Source: Girardia tigrina (taxonomy: Eukaryota). From it: 58,692 nt of DNA. The notes beneath the pieces were generated by a model. That model saw only the letters and a program-made list of their open reading frames with translations. It was not told the origin of the DNA and ran no database searches. Shown here piece after piece: positions 48,501-58,692 of the stretch. Every line of letters starts with the position of its first letter. The stretch's first letter is position 1. The position numbers were made by a program, and so were the translations under genes. The DNA is taken from contig MQRK01218208.1 in the NCBI GenBank assembly GCA_001938485.1, forward strand, positions 1 through 58,692, in the 5' to 3' direction.

Positions 48501-50580
48501 AAATTCTTTTTCACAAATCCATAGACCTTATTCATCGTTCGTACATCCAGCTCGCATCCGAATCCGTGGGAATTATCTTCTAAGATCATTGGCACTCGGC
48601 TCCCACCAACTCCCCAATTGGCGGAGCCCAGTCGTTTAGGTACGTCTTGTCGTTTTTTTCTTCATTATCATCAAATGTGCGTTCTTCATCTTCGTTCATC
48701 GTGTTGATTTTAAATCTTCGATCATTGTTCTGCATTCTCGATCTTCCATTGTCGTAATTATAATTCTGTCTGCTAGAGTTCACTAAACATGCCGCTGCTA
48801 GATGCCCATTCCGGCCACATTTTTCACAGCGTATCTCTGGACATTGAGTTCGCCTATGTCCCTTTTTTCCGCACAAGAAATGAACTAATGGCTGTTTGTT
48901 AGGACAGTTTCGACTGATGTGCCCAGTCTCTTTACAATTACAACACTGCACATGTCTTCTTTGTTGGCAGTTTCGGCTGAAATGTCCTGGTTGATGACAA
49001 GTATAACATTTGGACTCTGATTTGGAGGTTGATTCCTCTCTTGGGAGTTGTTTTCTCGGCTGACTCTGATTTACCCATTTTTCAGTTACCTCAGGAGCCC
49101 TGTTGTTTTGAACAACCTCTCGATAACTTCGGACAGCATTGATCCTGCTCTTCTTTTCGTGGTTTATTTCGTCTACGAGTGCAACGAACTCAGATATTTC
49201 CTTGACACTCTTTAATTTCCGTAATTTAATTTCACGAACAACATCTTCATCATCAATGCAATGAATTAACATTTGAGCTTTTAACTCTTCTTCCTCGAGT
49301 CTATGCGACAACGCCTTTTTTACCAACCAATCTACCTTTTTGAAAAAGGTCTGTGCGTTATCAGCACCTTTGCGATAACTCAACAGTTTTTCCCAATCCG
49401 TCGCGGCTGCTCTCGGCTTCTCAAACGCTAGTCTTAGCCGATCCTCAAAACTATCAGCTTTACCAGCTGTGTTCTCATATGCTTCCAAGAGATCTTCATG
49501 TATCATGGAGTAAATACATGTTTGCCATTTCTTTTAATTAATTTCCGCTGCTTCAAAATATCTTCTGCAGCGAGAAATAAATTTCTCAAGGTCTTCTCCG
49601 ATCTGGAACATGTCGGGAATCAGTCGGTTCGTGATTGAATCCGCTAGCGCNNNNNNNNNNNNNNNNNNNNNNNNNNNNNNNNNNNNNNNNNNNNNNNNNN
49701 NNNNNNNNNNNNNNNNNNNNNNNNNNNNNNNNNNNNNNNNNNNNNNNNNNNNNNNNNNNNNNNNTTTTTATTTTCTTTTTTTTTATTTCTATTTTCTATT
49801 ATTTTTTTTAATTTCGATTATAATTCGAAATTTTTAAAAACCAAAATTCTTATTTCTGAAAATTAAAAAATTAACAACAACACTCTCTTACACTGGCCAT
49901 TGTAAGACGCTTTTCTGACGGCATATCCGGTTCTAAAATAAATGCTTCTCGTAGGTTATCATTATGTATGCCATGTACTGCAAATGCTTTAATAATTTCA
50001 TCCATTGCTTCTGGCGTCTTAAAAATTTCGGTAACTAATGATCTTACCCGTAACTCGAAACATTGATATCGTTCATCGTGTCGTTGAGAAACGTTGCTCA
50101 GCTCCTCGACTTTGTCCATGACACTCCTCGGTCTGATAAATGTTGATAGAAACCATCTGGACACTTCTTCGTTCGACAAATCTTTCCGATTTGCACTAAA
50201 TTCGTTCCATAACAGACGGCAGTCCCTTCGTAGAAGCATGTCGAAGGTAAATGACATTTTCATTTGGTTGAATAATGCAAACTCCTTCGTTTCGTCCAGC
50301 CATTTCCCTGCGTTATCCGATTTACTATCAAAAAATGATACCTTCGGTGCCAGTGCTTCTTGAGCAGGAAGTGGTAATTTTGAAAATAATTTTCTTCTCT
50401 CTTCCGCTCTGCTCACTGCGCAAATCACCGGTTCGGTTTCGAGATTTGAGTGGCTGTGGTCACCAGTAAGAACACAATCGAAATCCATCAAGAATAAATA
50501 TATTTAAATTCTAACACAAATAATCAAATATTAAAACAACAACAATAATTGAATATTAAAATAACATTCAATTATCCAAC
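42545..50580 (-). mobile_element. Ty3/Gypsy element C, split by element B: LTR remnant and PBS ~50456-50580, gag 49893-50488 continuing 45420-~44800, protease/RT/RNase H/integrase ~44775-42545
   Basis: PBS TGGTGACCAC; gag frame restored on removing B (KRLTMAS|MLEQL); LWDSGAS, CLDFRPLN, APATFQ, LDTDAS, integrase core truncated. Confidence 0.87.
45421..49892 (-). mobile_element. Ty3/Gypsy element B, structurally full length (~4.5 kb): 230-bp LTRs (45421-45650; 5' LTR ends 49892, partly in gap), gag ~48586-49650, pol ~45647-48595
   Basis: TG...CA LTR, perfect TSD CTGGC (45416-45420, 49893-49897), PPT 45651-45660, several CCHC knuckles, LLDTGA, FILDTDAS, integrase with GPY. Confidence 0.95.
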
Positions 50581-50959
50581 TGTGTTCATTGTATGTTGTT
50601 TTAGAATTATGTTTTTTCCACCCAGATGTAAGATTGATATTTTAAATATTTTAAAACGTCGGATTATTTATTCAATTTTAAAATTTAAATAAAAATTTAA
50701 TTTAAAATTAAATTAATATATCATAAATATAATTTTATAATTAAAATTATTTTGTAATTTGAATTATAAATTATTTTAAAATCAAATTGTAAATAAATTT
50801 TAATTTAAATTTGTTTAAATAATAAGGTGTTTAAAAATCTAATTAAATTTATCAATCAAGAACGATGGCTGGTTACTAGAGGTTTTTGGAGAATTGTCCT
50901 AGTGACAATTCAAATTGTGATATCAATAAATGTTTTAAAAATCCAATGTGTTCTTAATA
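50581..50959 (+). mobile_element. 5'-truncated LTR, TG...TA family
   Basis: CCACCCAGATG motif, GAGAATTGTC..GACAATTC hairpin, AATAAA and terminal TGTGTTCTTAATA. Confidence 0.7.
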
Positions 50960-52471
50960 GTGACAAAATGTGAAACCCCCCTTTCAAATCACGTAGCATT
51001 GAGGTAATTTCCCCTTCTGAAATGGTCTTTTATCACAGTAAAAGTACTGCTACTAGGATTTTTGAAATAAATTTTGTCATGACATTGTACGATTAATAAC
51101 ATGAACGAACTAGTACGGATTTGTTTTGCATCCCATTCCTCACTTTCTGATTTAAAAAAATCACCATTATGCTCAGAATTATCTGGATCAATGAACTCAG
51201 CATTGGTAATATAATGTAATAATCTAATAGTATTATTCAGAAAGTGTGGTATGTAACTTAATATCGACCCCCTCTCACACTCCGTAACGCGTCGTTACGA
51301 AAATGTGACTTCCCTTCCCGTCTTAGCGCGTTACTTAATCTAATAATTTTGTTTTTTCAAAATATAAATTTTTTTCTATCATATTATGTACAACGAATTT
51401 TACAATTCTAATTTTATAAATTTCTGAAGTTCAAAATATCGATTATTCATTTATCGTTTTGTGAGACGATTGTTACTATTTCAAAGGATGAACCACAAGC
51501 AGAGGTTCTATTAAGAACGAAACATATTGCTATTTTGATGAGTTATAAAAGTTTTCTGTAACGATATTTTTGATTTATTCTCTGTTCGAACAAAATCAAT
51601 AATGATTTTTAAAATATTTTGATTTACATTTGTGTTTAATTTAAGAAACAATTATTCTTATTTTATTTATTTGATGTCAACGTTTAATTAAAAAAAACTC
51701 AAGAAACAATCTGTCTTCTTTGATTAAATTTTCCCTTTTTATGCTGGAATTATGCCTGCCATTCTCGTCACATTTAATAAAATAAGATCTTGTTACATGA
51801 TAAATATAATTCCCTATATTTGTGTTTATGCATCACGGCTTTTGATTCTGACATTGTTAAAAAATAGGAGATATGATTAAATACATAAAAAAGTTGATAA
51901 AAGGTATCAAAACTGATATAAAATCGTTAAAATATTTCATTGAGCAGAATATAATTTAATGATACTAACTTTAAATTTATCGTTAATATTTAGACAGTGA
52001 TGTATTATAATTTAAATAAGTTAAAAGTAATACCGTTCCTCGTCGTATAAACGCAAATCATAAAAATTAATATTTCAAAAATTGACACCCTTGAATACTC
52101 TGTATTATCTTTCATAAAACTGAAAAAAAAGTATTTGTTAGTTACATCAATATTCAAATTCATAGAAATATAAGTATTAACTATTAGACCAGCAATAGAG
52201 AGTGCATTTATAAATATCTTAATATTCTAAATAATACCAATTTTTACACACTTTTTTATAAGCTTCATCTGTCTGTATGGTACAAATCTTGTTATCGATT
52301 TTTCAACCACTTTACAATGTTAAATTAAGCTGAAACGTTGCATAGTTACTCATTTCCAATGACAATGCATGAACCAATTAACACATATTTTTAGTGCGCG
52401 TTTAAAGTATAAAAAAATTAATTTTTTAAATATATTATTATTATTAAATATATTTTAAATATATTAATATA

Positions 52472-53312
52472 TTCTTCGGCACCTCCCCCCCGGGGGGGTT
52501 GTAACTAGCTACCGCGCACGGTTACCATGGCAACGGTCGCGATCACCTTAGAAACGCTTCTGATTGGTTCCTGGTTCCCTAGCAACGGTCGCGATTAACT
52601 AAAAACACTTCTGATTGGCCCTTGGTACCTTAGCAACGGTCACGGTTACCATGGCAACGTTCACCATAGCAATGGTTCCGGTTCACTTGGAAACGCTTCT
52701 GATTGGTTCCCGGGTCCTTAGCAAAGGTTTCGGCTCCTCGGGTTTGGTAACCAAGGGACGTTTTTCCTTAGCAACGGATACAGTGATCAAAGGTAGTTGT
52801 AACCATGGTAACGGTTCCCATATCCATAGCAACCGTCACCCCGTAACTAAGGACCGTAGAAAAAAGTACTAATCGATCACTGTACAGTGCTCAGAGGTGC
52901 TAAGGAATATTTTGAAAGTGCTAATCGATAGTGTACATTTTGCCGCACATTTCTAATGTGCTAACACAATGCCTTTTAAGTTGCACATGTGCAAAAGTGC
53001 AAAAATCAATACATAAATTTTTTTAAAAGTACTTGGGTAAAAAATTGATATCATGTGTTTGATGCACATTTTGATTCTCTATTTGAATGTGCAATTAAAG
53101 ATTTCATACATTGATTAGTTTTCTCTATAATAAGCATAATGTGCAAATTTGCAAAAAGTGCACATTGATTTTAAAGGTACAAGGAAGCAGAATATCAAAA
53201 AAGTGCTGATGTACTGGAATAGTAACCCGCATACGTACATCCAGATTCCATGTCAACATTTTTGAAAAAGTGCTCAAAAATCTATTTTTTCGTACATATC
53301 TGAAACCCCTAT
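52472..53312 (+). repeat. Left inverted arm (~840 bp)
   Basis: Reverse complement of 57686-58493 with scattered mismatches and one indel; terminal CCCCCCCGGGGGGG palindrome. Confidence 0.92.
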
Positions 53313-53465
53313 ATATATTTTTATATTATATATTTTATATGTTATATTTTATATGTTACATAAAACAAAAGTTGTTTTTTACAAGGTATGAATAAAGATA
53401 GGTATAAGACAAGTATTTTTAACAAACATTTATTAACATATGTACAATATTTACAAGTATATCAT

Positions 53466-53540
53466 TCACAAAAGATAATATCCATGAGCTAATGTACTTA
53501 CTCCATCTGACAAAATATGTCGTTTATCGTCGAAGTAGTC
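53466..53540 (-). pseudogene. Inverted second copy of the pPolB C-terminus (3' UTR continues to ~53369)
   Basis: DYFDDKRHILSDGVSTLAHGYYLL* versus DWFDDKRHILSDGISTLPHGYYLL* at 56120-56194. Confidence 0.9.
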
Positions 53541-53550
53541 TTTTCTTGAA

Positions 53551-56194
53551 TTGAAAGACCATAGGGATTTGTTATTGCTAGATGATGGAGAAAAGAGACA
53601 CTTCATCTGGATCAAAAACTTTAAACGCCTTATCCGATCTCAAATATCGAAAAATCATGGAAGTATCGAGATTTGTAAACGATGCTTTACACATTTCAAT
53701 GGAGATGATGCAGCAAACAAGTTTGAAGAGCACAAGGCCTATTGCAATAACAATCATTGTATCAGAGCGGAATTTCCCAAGGAAGATTATATCGAATTCA
53801 AAGAATATGAAAAGACACAGAAAGTTCCCATTATCATATATTGTGACTTTGAAGCTATTCTAAGTCCAATCCAAACATGTAATCCGGATCCACAACTTAG
53901 TAGTACAACAGCCTACCAGTATCATGAGCTATCATCATACTGCATGTATGCATTGGGTATTGACAAGGGGCCATTCCTATACAGAGGTTCAGATGTAGCG
54001 GAACATTTTATGCAACGTATGGAGACTTATGACCATACAAATGAAGACATGTTGCAGCAACACAAGTTCAACATGATGATGACATGGCAAGAAAAATGTG
54101 AATGTAACAAGGTAACACAATGCTACTTGTGTGAAAAACCATTCACAAAAGATAATTACAAAGTCTAAGACCATTGTCATTTTACTGGAAAATATCGAGG
54201 AGCAGCATGCAATAACTGCAATTTGCGATGTAAAACATCTACAAATATTCCTGTTGTTTTCCATAATCTTAGTGGATATGACTCCCATTTCATAGTAAGA
54301 GAATTGGGAAAAATCAAAGGGAACATAAATGTTATTCCAAACAGCAAGAAGAAATACATCACATTTACCAAGCATGTGGGAAGAATTAAGCTCCGATTTA
54401 TCGACAGTTTCCGATTCATGTCATCATCGCTGGTCAGTCTTGTCAAGAACCTTCCAGCAGATGAACTGAAGGAAACAAAAAAGTTCTTCCCTTATACATT
54501 TGATTTGGTCAAAAGGAAAGGAGTATTCCCATATGACTATATAACATCATGGAGATCGCTGGACGAAACAAAATTGCCAGCAAAAGAGGCACTTTACAAC
54601 AAATTGAACGATACCGACATTAGTGATGCTGATTATCAACATGCACAAAATGTCTGGCAAGCTTTCAAATGTCAAACACTTGGGGAATATAGTGATGTAT
54701 ACCTGCAAACAGATGTGCTGCTTCTTACGGATGTCTTTGAGAGCTTTCGAGATGTGACAGTTAAGAGCCACAAGTTGGATCCAGCTCATTTCTTTACATC
54801 ACCAGGAATGAGTTGGGCATCAATGTTGAAATATACAGGCACAAGGCTTCAAATCCTGAAAGATTATGACATGACCCTCATGCTGGAAAAAGGAATCCGA
54901 GGTGGAATCTGTCAGTCTATTCATCGGTATGGTGAGGCAAACAACAAATACATGAAAAATTATGATCCATCAAAGGCATCTTCATACATAACATACTTGG
55001 ATGCCAACAATTTATATGGTTGGGCAATGAGTGCTCCATTGCCTTTTGATAATTTCAAATGGGCGGATCAACCAGAAGAAATTTGAATAGAAAAACTGGA
55101 TCCTAATGGAGATGTGGGTTACATATTGGAAGTGGATGTTGATTATCCAAAATCCATCCATTCAAGGCATGAGCAGCTGCCTTTTCTGCCTGAAAGCAAA
55201 TGTCCACCAAATGGAAAACATAGGAAGCTGCTCTGTCACCTGGAAAATAAACAAAAATATGTAGCCCATTACATCAATCTACAACAAGCTGTAAAGAATG
55301 GGCTCATAATCACAAAAATACATCGTGCACTTCAGTTTAGTCAATCAAATTGGCTTAAGCCATATATTGACTTTAACACCAATTTGAGGACCAATGCCAA
55401 AAACGACTTTGAAAAGGATCAGTTCAAACTGTACAATAACAGCGTTTTTGGTAAAACGATGGAGAATATCAGCAACAGAATCAACATCGAACTTGTATGT
55501 GATAAGAAGCGAGCAAAGAAACTCATTGCCAAATCAAATTTCCACAGCAGCATCATATTCACCGAAAACCTGGTCAGTATACACATGCTGAAGACATCAC
55601 TGATGTTTAATAAACCGATATATGTGGGAATGTGAATCCTGGATCTATCCAAAACCTTGATGTATGACTTCCACTATGGCATCATGGTCCCTAAATTCAA
55701 CAACAATTTACAACTAATGTATATGGATACTGATAGCTTTGTCTATCAGATTCCTACAGAAGATCTGTTTGTGGAGTTTTTTTCAAATGGCTCAACAAAT
55801 GGATACCTCAGATTATCCAAAGGACCACCCAAATTATTCAACATCAAATAAAAAGGTCCTTGGGAAGTTTAAGGATGAAGTCAATGGTCAAATCATCTCT
55901 AGATTTGTGGCATTACGGTCTAAGATGTATGCCATTGATGTGGATGGCAAGATCAAAAAGATGGCAAAGGGAGTTCAGCGGGCAACGTTAGCAAACCAAA
56001 TTGGATTCCATGATTATATGAGAGTGCTGCAGGAACAAATCAATATAATTTCTGAGATGCGAAGGATTCTATCAAGAGAACATCAAGTCTCCACAGTAAT
56101 GATGGGAAAGAAAAGCCTGGACTGGTTTGATGATAAACGACATATTTTGTCAGATGGAATAAGTACATTACCTCATGGATATTATCTTTTGTGA
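53551..56194 (+). pseudogene. Protein-primed family B DNA polymerase (Polinton type), 5'-truncated, three stops and one frameshift
   Basis: CKRC..H..C finger, ExoI YCDFEA, endonuclease-VII-like insert CYLC...DHCHFTGKYRGAACNNCN, ExoII FHNLSGYD, KGVFPYDY, ExoIII YLQTDV, YLDANNLYGWAM, KLYNNSVFGK, YMDTDS. Confidence 0.95.
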
Positions 56195-56344
56195 ATGATA
56201 TACTTGTAAATATTGTACATATGTTAATAAATGTTTGTTGAAAATACTTGTCTTATACCTATCTTTATTCATAAACTTGTAAAAAACAACTTGTAAAAAA
56301 TATATAAAATATATAAAATATAAAATATTCAAGAGCACATTACG

Positions 56345-56480
56345 TTGACATGTTAATATAATGAATGCAATACATTAACATGATGAATGCAATACGTTGA
56401 CATGATGAATTTAATATGTTGACATGATGGATGCAATACGTTGACATGATGGATGCAATAAATTAACATGATAGATGCAT
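56345..56480 (+). repeat. Minisatellite, ~22-bp unit, about 6 copies
   Basis: gttgacatgatg(a/g)atgcaatac repeated. Confidence 0.85.
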
Positions 56481-56579
56481 GGTGATATCTCCTTGGATAC
56501 AGCCATGTTTTGAATGGTTGATATGATAACATAGTATAATATCATAATATAATACATTTATATTATATATTATTCTGGA

Positions 56580-57130
56580 TACATAATGTGCATATGTTCG
56601 AAAAAGCACTACGTATTGATTTTTTCAAAAATCTAAGATGATATTCTGACTATTCATATATAAGTTACTATTCATGTGTTCAAAGAGATTTTTGATATTT
56701 TGCTTACTTCGCCCTTTGCCTAGGCTATATCATATAGGAATTCGACGCCGCTTTACACTATAATACACAACATATCAATAAAGCACTATGTATTGATTTT
56801 TTCAAGAATCTAAGATCATATTCCGACTATTTACCTATAAGTTACTATACATGTGTTCAGGCAGATTTTCGATATTTTGCTTGCTTCGCCCTTTGCCTAG
56901 GCTATACCATATGTATGTTCTGCCTCACTTTACACTATAATACACAACATATCAATAAAGCACTATGTATTGATTTTTTCAAGAATCTAAGATCATATTC
57001 TGACTATTTACCTATGGGTTACTATACATGTATTCAGACAGATTTTCGATATTTTGCTTGCATCGCTATCTATACCCTATGGGCATTCTGCCTCACTGTG
57101 GGCATTCTGCCCCACTTTACACTATATTAT
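56580..57130 (+). repeat. Tandem repeat, ~177-187-bp unit, about 3 copies
   Basis: ctttacactata anchor at 56751, 56928 and 57115; aagcacta.gtattgattttttcaa.aatctaagat repeated. Confidence 0.85.
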
Positions 57131-57401
57131 ATTAAAACATGAATACATTGCACTTTGTACAATAGTGAACTTATTGATTTAACGGCAGTCTAGGCAGCCT
57201 ACCTAGGCTTAGTACAGTATTGATGAGCACGTGTGCAGTATTGATTAGAACATTTATGTAGCACATGTGTAGAATTGATTTTTTACACTTTTTTTTGTGT
57301 AATTTTGATAGTTTTTACATGTTTTCGATGATTTTGAAGGTGTTTTTCATGGTTTTAGATATAGCAGTGATGGTTTCTAAAGTGTTTTCGACTATATATC
57401 C

Positions 57402-57446
<45 letters not shown>

Positions 57447-57685
57447 AACGTTATGTATCATAGTTACGGTAACCATGGTACTTTTGTACATTAGATGATT
57501 ATATAGATGTTTTGTATAGTGCTGATGCATGTTTGAAGTGTAACAGGAATTTTTACGTGTAGATTTTACATGTAAAATAAAATGTTATGTATCTTGGTTA
57601 CGGTAACCACGGTACTTGTGATTATACTTGTGTACATTAGGAGATTCATGAGGTATTGTTTGATGGTAAACAACATACATATATC

Positions 57686-58493
57686 ATAGGGGTTTCAGAT
57701 ATGTACGAAAAAATAGATTTTTGAGCACTTTTTTGAGAATTTCAAAAAATTTCGAAAAAATCGATCTATCAGCACTTTTTTGATATTCTGCTTCCTTGTA
57801 CCTTTAAAATCAATGTGAACTTTGTGCAAATTTGCACATTATGCTTATTATAGAGAAAACTAATCAATGTATGAAATCTTTAATTGCACAATCAGATAGA
57901 AAATCAAAATGTGCATCAAACACATGATATCAATTTTTGACCAAAGTACTTTTAAAAAATTTGATGTATTGATTTTTGCACTTTTGCACATGTGCAACTT
58001 AAAAAGCACTGTGTTAGCACATTAGAAATGTGCGGCAAAATGTACACTATCGATTAACATTTTCAAAATATTCCTTAGCACCTCTGAGCACTGTACAGTG
58101 ATCGATTAGTACTTTTTTCTACGGTCCTTAGTTACGGGGTGACGGTTGCTATGGATATGGGAACCGTTACCATGGTTACAACTATCTTTGATCACTGTAT
58201 CCGTTGCTAAGGAAAAACCTCCCTTGGTTACCGTTACCCGGGAGCCGAAACCGTTGCTAAGGAACCGAGAAGCAATCAGAAGCGTTTCCAAGTGAACCGG
58301 AACCGTTGCTATGGTGATCGTGACCGTTGCTAAGGTACCAAGGGCCCATCAGAAGTGTTTTTAGTTAATCGCGACCGTTGCTAGGGAACTAGGAACCAAT
58401 CAGAAGGGTTTCTAAGGTGATCGCAACCGTTGCCATGGTAACCGACCGCGCGGTAACTAGTTACGACCCCCCGGGGGGGGAGGTGCCGGAGAA
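57686..58493 (-). repeat. Right inverted arm (~810 bp)
   Basis: Reverse complement of 52472-53312. Confidence 0.92.
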
Positions 58494-58573
58494 GGTACAT
58501 TTTTCCCCTAATTATATTACTTGATATAATTTTGAAAATGTTTTTTAATTTTTTTAAATCTCAATAAAATTTA

Positions 58574-58607
<34 letters not shown>

Positions 58608-58610
<3 letters not shown>

Positions 58611-58692
58611 GGTGCGGCAGCTATTTGAGAACACGTAATATAGACACCATATCTTTTTGTGTGTTATAATTACATAATTTTATTTTTGCTGG
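58608..58692. mobile_element. Possible start of a Tc1-like element inserted in (TA)n
   Basis: TA+CAGGGTG terminus right after the microsatellite; the rest lies outside the window. Confidence 0.35.

Larger units (their letters stand above)
52472..58493 (+). mobile_element. Polinton/Maverick-type (adintovirus-like) relic with long inverted arms, carrying only pPolB
   Basis: Inverted arms 52472-~53312 and ~57686-58493 around a protein-primed PolB pseudogene; no integrase, capsid, ATPase or protease; no TSD found. Confidence 0.85.

Noticed and set aside
52615-52872. ORFs in the inverted arms (also 58106-58291)
   Set aside because: By-products of the GC-rich motif array; the two arms do not keep the same ORF
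53551-56194. Functional polymerase via an alternative genetic code or read-through
   Set aside because: Stops are mixed (TAA, TGA), there is a frameshift, and the 5' end is missing, so ordinary decay explains it
56345-56480. CRISPR-like array
   Set aside because: Contiguous units with no unique spacers, eukaryotic context, no cas genes

Overview
AT-rich animal (invertebrate-like) nuclear DNA with several assembly gaps. It holds one intact host gene, a 6-exon pyruvate kinase (550-27251, + strand, 553 aa). Three of its introns (5.7-12.3 kb) are packed with mostly antisense transposon relics (mariner, Tc1/rosa-like, several hATs, solo LTRs, an LTR retroelement, a Penelope-like element); the other two are tiny (70 and 43 bp). 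Downstream lie a hAT element, a decayed ORF joining two ubiquitin-like domains in frame to a chuvirus-type (Anakin env-like) glycoprotein, and a nested cluster of at least five Ty3/Gypsy elements. One LTR family has TG...TA ends and a conserved Cys-rich reading frame starting inside the LTR. The window ends with a 6-kb Polinton/Maverick-type pPolB relic bounded by ~0.8-kb inverted arms rich in RFX X-box and CCAAT motifs, which looks like a head-to-head fusion of two polB-proximal ends. All family assignments come from motif recognition by eye; no database searches were run.
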